This document shows positions 59,901 through 64,000 of a stretch of 64,000 nucleotides of DNA, piece after piece. Below the pieces are notes generated by a model. The model worked only from the letters and a program-made list of their open reading frames with translations. It ran no database searches and was not told the origin of the DNA. This DNA is from Vicugna vicugna (lineage: Eukaryota). Position 1 is the first letter of the stretch. Every line of letters starts with the position of its first letter. The stretch covers positions 1,171,879-1,235,878 of the forward strand of contig MU057801.1 of the NCBI GenBank assembly GCA_013265495.1. The letters run 5' to 3'. A program made the position numbers and the translations under genes.

Positions 59901-61972
59901 CTGTTCGTGGGCCGGCAGCACCCACTGCACGACTTCATCTCGGAGCTGTACCGGGCGGGCTCCACGCAGGTGCGGCGGCCACACCGTCAGGAAGCGTGTT
60001 CGCGTGGTGTATTTGTTGGGTTGCTTCATCAGGGTACACTTTTTACATTTTGGTAAAATATAAACAGAATTTACCATTTTAACCATTTTTTAAGTGTTTA
60101 ATTCTGTAGCATTAAGACCATTCACAGTGATGTGCGGCCATCACTGCAGTCCATCTCCTGAACCTTTTCGTCCTCCCAGTTGGAGGCTCTGTACCCAGTA
60201 ACCAGTATTAAATGGCACCTCTCCACTCGCCCTCCCCAGCCCCGGTGACTTCTCTGCCACTTTCTGACGGTGAATTTGCGTGACTTGATCCCTCACGTGA
60301 ATCGCATCGTCAGCATTTGTCCTCCTGTGTCTGGCTCTCTTCACTTAGTGTAATCTTTCAGGGTTCAGCCATCTTGGGTCAAAATTTCCTTCCCTTCATG
60401 GCTGAGTAAGATTCCATCATGTGCATACACTGCATTTTGTGCATGCACTCATCCGTTGGTGGGAACTTGAATTGTTTCCACCTTTTGGTTATCAAGAGCA
60501 ATGCTGCTGTGAACACTGGTGTGCAGGCGTGCGTCTGAGTCCCCGCCTTCCATTTTTTGGGGTGTATGATCAGGAATGTGTTTTTCCACAGTCGGTGGAT
60601 GTACCACCTGAACTCTGTCACGGGATTCAAGGAAGGTTTTCTTTGGATGAAGAAGCCATTCTTCCAGATCAGTAAGCATTCATCTGTGTGTAATTGGGGC
60701 AGCTGGGAAGATGTTCAGTTGTTAGCATTTTTGCTTTGTTGCCTGAATGTTTCTTTTCCTAGTAATAATGAGAAAGTAGTGAGAAAACAAAACAGCAGCA
60801 ACAGAAAACCCCTGGACTGAAAAAGACTTGGGCTCAGGGCTCAGCTCTTCAGCACAGTAGCCCTGCCGCTACCCTCTGAGGAGATCCACGAGGTCAAGAC
60901 TGTTTTCCTAATACTGCCAGGGTGTTACGATGCTGTTTGCCCTTCTCGCTCTTCCTCTCGAGTGTGTGGTGGTTTTCCAGAGGCTAAATGTAGTTTGATA
61001 ACGCAAGAGGTCGACTCAGAAGTGGATAACAGAATCCAGCTATTAATACTAACATTAAGATAGATACTAAGCTATACATTGAAGAAATTTAAAGTAATGA
61101 TAGTCTTTTTTGTTTTGCTTTGTAAAATGTAGTTGTTTTTCATTTAAAAGTTCTTTAAATTAATATTAAGTTTATTCCTGAGGTTGTCTTACTAGATTTT
61201 TAATAATAGGTTTATCACTGTTATTGTTAAATTAGAGTATATTTTAAATTACTTAGTTTTAATTTTTAATAGGTAAATAATGATAGCTGCAACCAACATG
61301 AGCAGAAACTCTTGGGGTCTGCAGTTGTTAAGTGCATAAAGGGGTTCTGAGATCAGAGTTGGAGAGCTGCGGCTCAAGGGTGTAGGTCCAGGAGTAGATC
61401 TGCTGGTTTTCCAGAGTGGTTACACTGGTTTATAATTTCAGTGCCAGTTTTTGGGAGAGATTGTTGCTCTGGGGTCTTGCAACCCTTGGGACGGTCAGGA
61501 CCTTAATTTTTGCCCACGTGGCGGACCCTGGTTATCTTGTCCTGATGACAGTTGCATTTCTCTGATTACTGATGAAACGGAATGCCATGTGGTGTATTCC
61601 TTAACTTTTTGGGTTTCCTCGTTTATGAAATAGCTGTTCTGTTCTTCAGTTCTCTGTCCCCTCCCCCTTTTGTTTTGTAGGTGTTCCTGTACAGATTCTG
61701 ATACAAACCCTTTGCCCATTAATTGTTTTCTGTTAGTGAGATTACAAACGAGGAAGATAGGGTCCTTGTTTAAAGATAGGTGGGGTTATATTGCTTTTTG
61801 CTGGTGCACTTTAACGGTTTCCTTCCTCAAAGCCTAACGAGCAGCAGCGTCTGGCTGCTGCTTGCGCAGAAGGAGCAGCTGACAAAGAGGCGGCCCTTGT
61901 CTCGTTTCTCTTCAGGGTGGTGTGCTCTCCGGTTCCCTTGTTACGGGACCTGACACAGAACACCGCGGTCAG
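20229..61972 (+). CDS. XRN2: XRN2 5'-3' exoribonuclease 2, coding exons 1-24 (gene continues beyond the window)
   Basis: Starts [26 protein letters not shown]. The 24 GT-AG exons join in frame (2252 nt). XRN motifs [43 protein letters not shown] and GNDFLPH are intact, as is the CCHC knuckle. Confidence 0.98.
22660..24986 (-). mobile_element. Old antisense L1 in XRN2 intron 1 (left part)
   Basis: T-rich antisense L1 3' and ORF2 motifs such as tcaccagtgaagccatctgg. Confidence 0.75.
23951..24146 (-). mobile_element. tRNA-derived SINE inside an old L1
   Basis: ggggattgaacccagg…cactgagctacaccctcccc; gtccagttt flanks both sides (TSD-like). Confidence 0.85.
24987..25326 (+). pseudogene. SNAP47: SNAP47-like retrocopy fragment (5' part of a chimeric insertion in XRN2 intron 1)
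   Basis: 25129-25326 reads [66 protein letters not shown]. This matches the SNAP47 first SNARE-motif region as I recall it (…SQKRLEDTARVLHHQGQQLDSVMRGLDKMESDLEVADR…). Confidence 0.8.
25344..26361 (+). mobile_element. Internal L1 ORF2 fragment (RT motif and downstream region), disrupted
   Basis: [38 protein letters not shown] and [11 protein letters not shown], with stops and frameshifts; no L1 3' UTR. Confidence 0.93.
26398..26891 (+). mobile_element. ERV LTR-like segment truncated after its polyadenylation signal, followed by an A-rich tail
   Basis: Starts TG…gaaaaatgttgcctgccatatcag, contains internal direct repeats, has AATAAA at 26863-26868 and an A-rich tail from 26880. Confidence 0.6.
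26906..29500 (-). mobile_element. Old antisense L1 (continuation after the chimeric insertion) with nested L1 pieces
   Basis: ttgttttatggcccagagtatggtct resumes the L1 interrupted at 24986. Confidence 0.7.
28981..29140 (+). mobile_element. tRNA-derived SINE with A-box deletion
   Basis: ggtatagc[deleted]acacgcttagcatacatgaggtcctgggttcaatccccagtacc plus tail. Confidence 0.8.
30230..30480 (+). mobile_element. MIR-like SINE
   Basis: ctgggttcaaatcctggtctctgcactt…gtgactttgg. Confidence 0.55.
32500..32825 (-). mobile_element. L1MB-like 3' end
   Basis: aactttattgggatataattta…tttttgaggttcatccatgatgtagcatg. Confidence 0.7.
33880..34007 (+). CDS. XRN2: XRN2 exon 2
   Basis: cacag|[47 protein letters not shown]|gtacgt. 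Confidence 0.96.
34111..34222 (+). CDS. XRN2: XRN2 exon 3
   Basis: ttccag|[38 protein letters not shown]|gtacgt. Confidence 0.96.
36089..36200 (+). CDS. XRN2: XRN2 exon 4
   Basis: cccag|[38 protein letters not shown]|gtagag. Confidence 0.95.
37670..37728 (+). CDS. XRN2: XRN2 exon 5
   Basis: tctag|[21 protein letters not shown]|gtaagt. Confidence 0.95.
37805..37894 (+). CDS. XRN2: XRN2 exon 6
   Basis: tttag|[30 protein letters not shown]|gtaagt. Confidence 0.95.
38631..38703 (+). CDS. XRN2: XRN2 exon 7
   Basis: tgtag|[25 protein letters not shown]|gtaaag. Confidence 0.95.
38839..38889 (+). CDS. XRN2: XRN2 exon 8
   Basis: ctcag|[19 protein letters not shown]|gtaagc. Confidence 0.95.
39352..39509 (+). 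CDS. XRN2: XRN2 exon 9 (CCHC zinc knuckle)
   Basis: gacag|[54 protein letters not shown]|gtaaga. Confidence 0.95.
40487..40561 (+). CDS. XRN2: XRN2 exon 10
   Basis: tgcag|[25 protein letters not shown]|gtacgt. Confidence 0.95.
40645..40778 (+). CDS. XRN2: XRN2 exon 11
   Basis: tgtag|[46 protein letters not shown]|gtgtgt. Confidence 0.95.
40879..40936 (+). CDS. XRN2: XRN2 exon 12
   Basis: ggcag|[20 protein letters not shown]|gtaagt. Confidence 0.94.
41020..41127 (+). CDS. XRN2: XRN2 exon 13
   Basis: tacag|[36 protein letters not shown]|gtaaag. Confidence 0.95.
43160..44250. mobile_element. L2-like fragments
   Basis: ttattaagtgcttaccatgtgccagg and gtgtcaggaatgacccaag…tttggacgtgtt. Confidence 0.5.
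43351..43480 (+). mobile_element. tRNA-derived SINE (Vic-1-like)
   Basis: ggggggagggcacagctccgtggtagag…ggttcaatccccagtacc…aaacctaattacctcccc. Confidence 0.85.
45249..45293 (+). CDS. XRN2: XRN2 exon 14
   Basis: tttag|[15 protein letters not shown]|gtgagt (basic, NLS-like). Confidence 0.93.
46120..46285 (-). mobile_element. L1 3' end
   Basis: ttttattgagacatagtt…ttatattccctgtgttgtacagtatatccttg. Confidence 0.7.
46851..46982 (+). CDS. XRN2: XRN2 exon 15
   Basis: gttag|[44 protein letters not shown]|gtaagt. Confidence 0.93.
50279..50394 (+). CDS. XRN2: XRN2 exon 16
   Basis: tgcag|[40 protein letters not shown]|gtgaag. Confidence 0.93.
51462..51579 (+). mobile_element. tRNA-derived SINE (Vic-1-like)
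   Basis: A and B boxes plus tail; TSD-like gaagtacttg/gaaatgcttg. Confidence 0.85.
52950..53085 (+). CDS. XRN2: XRN2 exon 17
   Basis: tttag|[46 protein letters not shown]|gtacag. Confidence 0.95.
54283..54390 (+). CDS. XRN2: XRN2 exon 18
   Basis: gctag|[36 protein letters not shown]|gtaagc. Confidence 0.95.
54483..54572 (+). CDS. XRN2: XRN2 exon 19
   Basis: tgcag|[30 protein letters not shown]|gtgagt. Confidence 0.95.
55240..55312 (+). CDS. XRN2: XRN2 exon 20
   Basis: tgcag|[25 protein letters not shown]|gtaagg. Confidence 0.95.
56430..57115 (-). mobile_element. Antisense L1 ORF2 fragment
   Basis: ccattttgaattaatttctgtgtatg…cttcattcttttgc. Confidence 0.75.
59025..59108 (+). CDS. XRN2: XRN2 exon 21
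   Basis: cccag|[30 protein letters not shown]|gtaagg. Confidence 0.94.
59872..59969 (+). CDS. XRN2: XRN2 exon 22
   Basis: cccag|[34 protein letters not shown]|gtgcgg. Confidence 0.93.
60040..60577 (-). mobile_element. L1MB-like 3' end filling XRN2 intron 22
   Basis: tttaccattttaaccatttt…aatgctgctgtgaacact…ttttggggtgtat. Confidence 0.75.
60592..60671 (+). CDS. XRN2: XRN2 exon 23
   Basis: cacag|[28 protein letters not shown]|gtaagc. Confidence 0.93.
60868..61370. mobile_element. hAT-Charlie element of the same family as 14653-15179, opposite orientation
   Basis: tccacgaggtcaa and ttttccagaggct match the reverse complement of the 14653 element. Confidence 0.65.
61916..61972 (+). CDS. XRN2: XRN2 exon 24
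   Basis: ttcag|[21 protein letters not shown]|gtgagt; the next exon was not found before the window end. Confidence 0.92.
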
Positions 61973-64000
61973 GTGAGTGTCCCGAGATGCACGGCAGCCG
62001 CCCAGGACGCAGCTGTGAACTTGCACGTGAGCTCAGGAAGGACCTCCGGTTCACAGGGAGGTTGTGGCTGTTACCCACCAGCGCTTTGAGATCGGCGAGT
62101 CCCCGTGTTGCAGACCTCAGAGCAGAGACTCTTGACTTTAAATTATGTATATTGTTAAGGCTCCTGATTTAACAAGCCTGCTTCTCTGCTTTCCAGTTTC
62201 CCCTGACAACCCCTGATTCTTCCTGGATTAGGGAGGGGGTTCGCCGTGGGGGCGCAGAGACCCACGCGCTTGTGACCATTTTAATTACATTACAGTCGTG
62301 GCCCTGCGGAGTCTGGAAACAAAACTTCTGTATACTGGATTTTGATTAAGATGAAATGGAAGGAATCTGTGGAATTTTTTGTCAACAGTTGTTATAAGGA
62401 CTGATATCTACTGTCTGGAAAATTTATAGTTCATTTCTTCAGTGGTGACAGCATTTTCTGCTGAGTATGTAAAATGTTTAGAATGTAAAAAATCAGCGGA
62501 CGCACCACTCATCTGTGTGGTTGTTGTGTGTAGTTACTGACCCCGGTGGCAGGTTTGTGTTCGTTTTCTTCAGTCTCTAGACGGAAGCAGGGCAAACGCT
62601 GTGCTGATTCAAGGACTGGAAGCTGCTCCTGAGTGCTCCCCCCACGCAGTCGTGCCATTTCCCGCTCGCAGCGAGTCTTGGATTTCTTACTGTGAAGTAG
62701 AAGCGTGTCTCTTTTCCCGCCGTTAATGGGTTTAAATAGCAACTAGGCTTTTACTTAAGGAAAACTGTTGTGAATGTGGAGTGCTTCCCAGATGAGTTGC
62801 TTTTATTTACCTTCACCCAATTTCTGTTTATCTTTACACATTATTGTCCTGGCTCTTTGTCTTCGGGCTTTTGTTCAGGGCGGAGTTGCGGACCCTCAGC
62901 CCGGCTCTGTGTCCACGGCACACAGGCCGGCCCGGGCAGCCGCGAGGACTCCGTGCGTTAGGCCCCGGGGGCCCGTTCTCCCCGCCGGTGCTCTCCGGGT
63001 TGCCCCGTGTCTGCCCGTGCTATGCAGTTTCTTCCTTGTTTCCAGGGGCCTTCCTTCCCAGCCCTCTAGAAACAGTCAGTTCTACTTAACTTTCTAATTA
63101 GTGTGGAGACTTGCCCAGGGGAAGAGCTGCGAGGCTGAGGGGTCCTGGAGGTTTGTTTGTGTGGTGGTGGTGGTTTCGGAGCCTGCAGGGGCCTTTGGTA
63201 TCATCCAGTGCCTAGTGTTTTCACAAGATAATTAAATTTATAAAGCAGATCTCAGATCCAGGTCTATATTCAGGTATATGTTGAAAATAACTTCGTGATA
63301 AGATTGACTTAATTGAGTTGATTTCCTAGAGATTCATGAAAGAGCAAAGTTAATTCTTAACCTGGTGAGGTAGTTCTCTGTTTCCTCGGAGAGGTGTTGT
63401 TGAGACCAGGACCCAGTTCACTGTGGTTCGTGGCGTGTGTTTGCTTCCAGGCTTGCTGTGTACCCCAGTGTCGTTTTTGCTTTACAGACAAAGACCTGAA
63501 ATTGTCGCCGTTGGCGCCAGTGGTGTCCCTCTTTCTGGACTCCTGGCCTTTCCCATCCCCTCTCTGTGTTGTCCAGGTCACAGTCTAGATCGATGAGCTG
63601 TGTCCTCACGCTGGCTTCAGGTGTGTCCTTCTCGTCACCTTAGATCTTGCCTGTGGTGTTGAGAAAGTGTATTTTAGAGGTTATTGAAGTGTCTTGAGTT
63701 CACAGAAGGACCCTTGAAGGATACAGCCAGCTGTGACCTGGGATTGTCTTAGTAGTGACTCTGTCAGCGATTCAGCACGCAGTGGTTTACCCTTGGTGAG
63801 AACTGCGCTGTTCCCCCTGGTTCTCCTCGTCCTGCTCGTCCTCTACCATGGCAGATTGCCTAGGCGTAGTATTTTTAGAATAATTCTTTGTGAGCTTTAA
63901 TTCTGTAAAACCTGTACATGGTTTAAAATTATAAAAAAGCTGTCTTCTTGGTGCAGCAGCGCAGTTTTCTGCTCATCTGGGCGAGTGGATGCACACCCGG

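Noticed and set aside
61973..64000. XRN2 exon 25
   Set aside because: The expected INFKDPQ-like sequence was not found; the region appears intronic.
1..64000. CRISPR arrays, operons or prokaryotic defence systems
   Set aside because: This is an intron-rich mammalian locus with no repeat-spacer array.

Overview
Mammalian genomic DNA with no prokaryotic features; most six-frame ORFs are chance GC-rich frames or repeat remnants. The window holds the 5' part of XRN2 (nuclear 5'-3' exoribonuclease 2) on the + strand: a CpG-island promoter near 19.8-20.9 kb and 24 coding exons (20229-61972) that I could splice by eye at GT-AG junctions into one open frame of 2252 nt (about 750 aa). The remaining exons lie beyond the window. 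The 20 kb upstream is mostly repeats (ERV1 LTR plus internal leader, an internally deleted ERV-L, MaLR LTRs, hAT elements, L1 ends). Eight tRNA-derived SINE copies resemble the camelid Vic-1 family, so the host is probably a camelid (inference). The most unusual feature is a ~1.9 kb polyadenylated insertion with candidate target-site duplications in XRN2 intron 1 (about 24987-26891). It joins a SNAP47-like SNARE-coding segment, an internal L1 ORF2 piece and an ERV-LTR segment that ends just after its AATAAA, all in the same orientation as XRN2. Repeat family names and comparisons with human proteins are from recall, not from searches.
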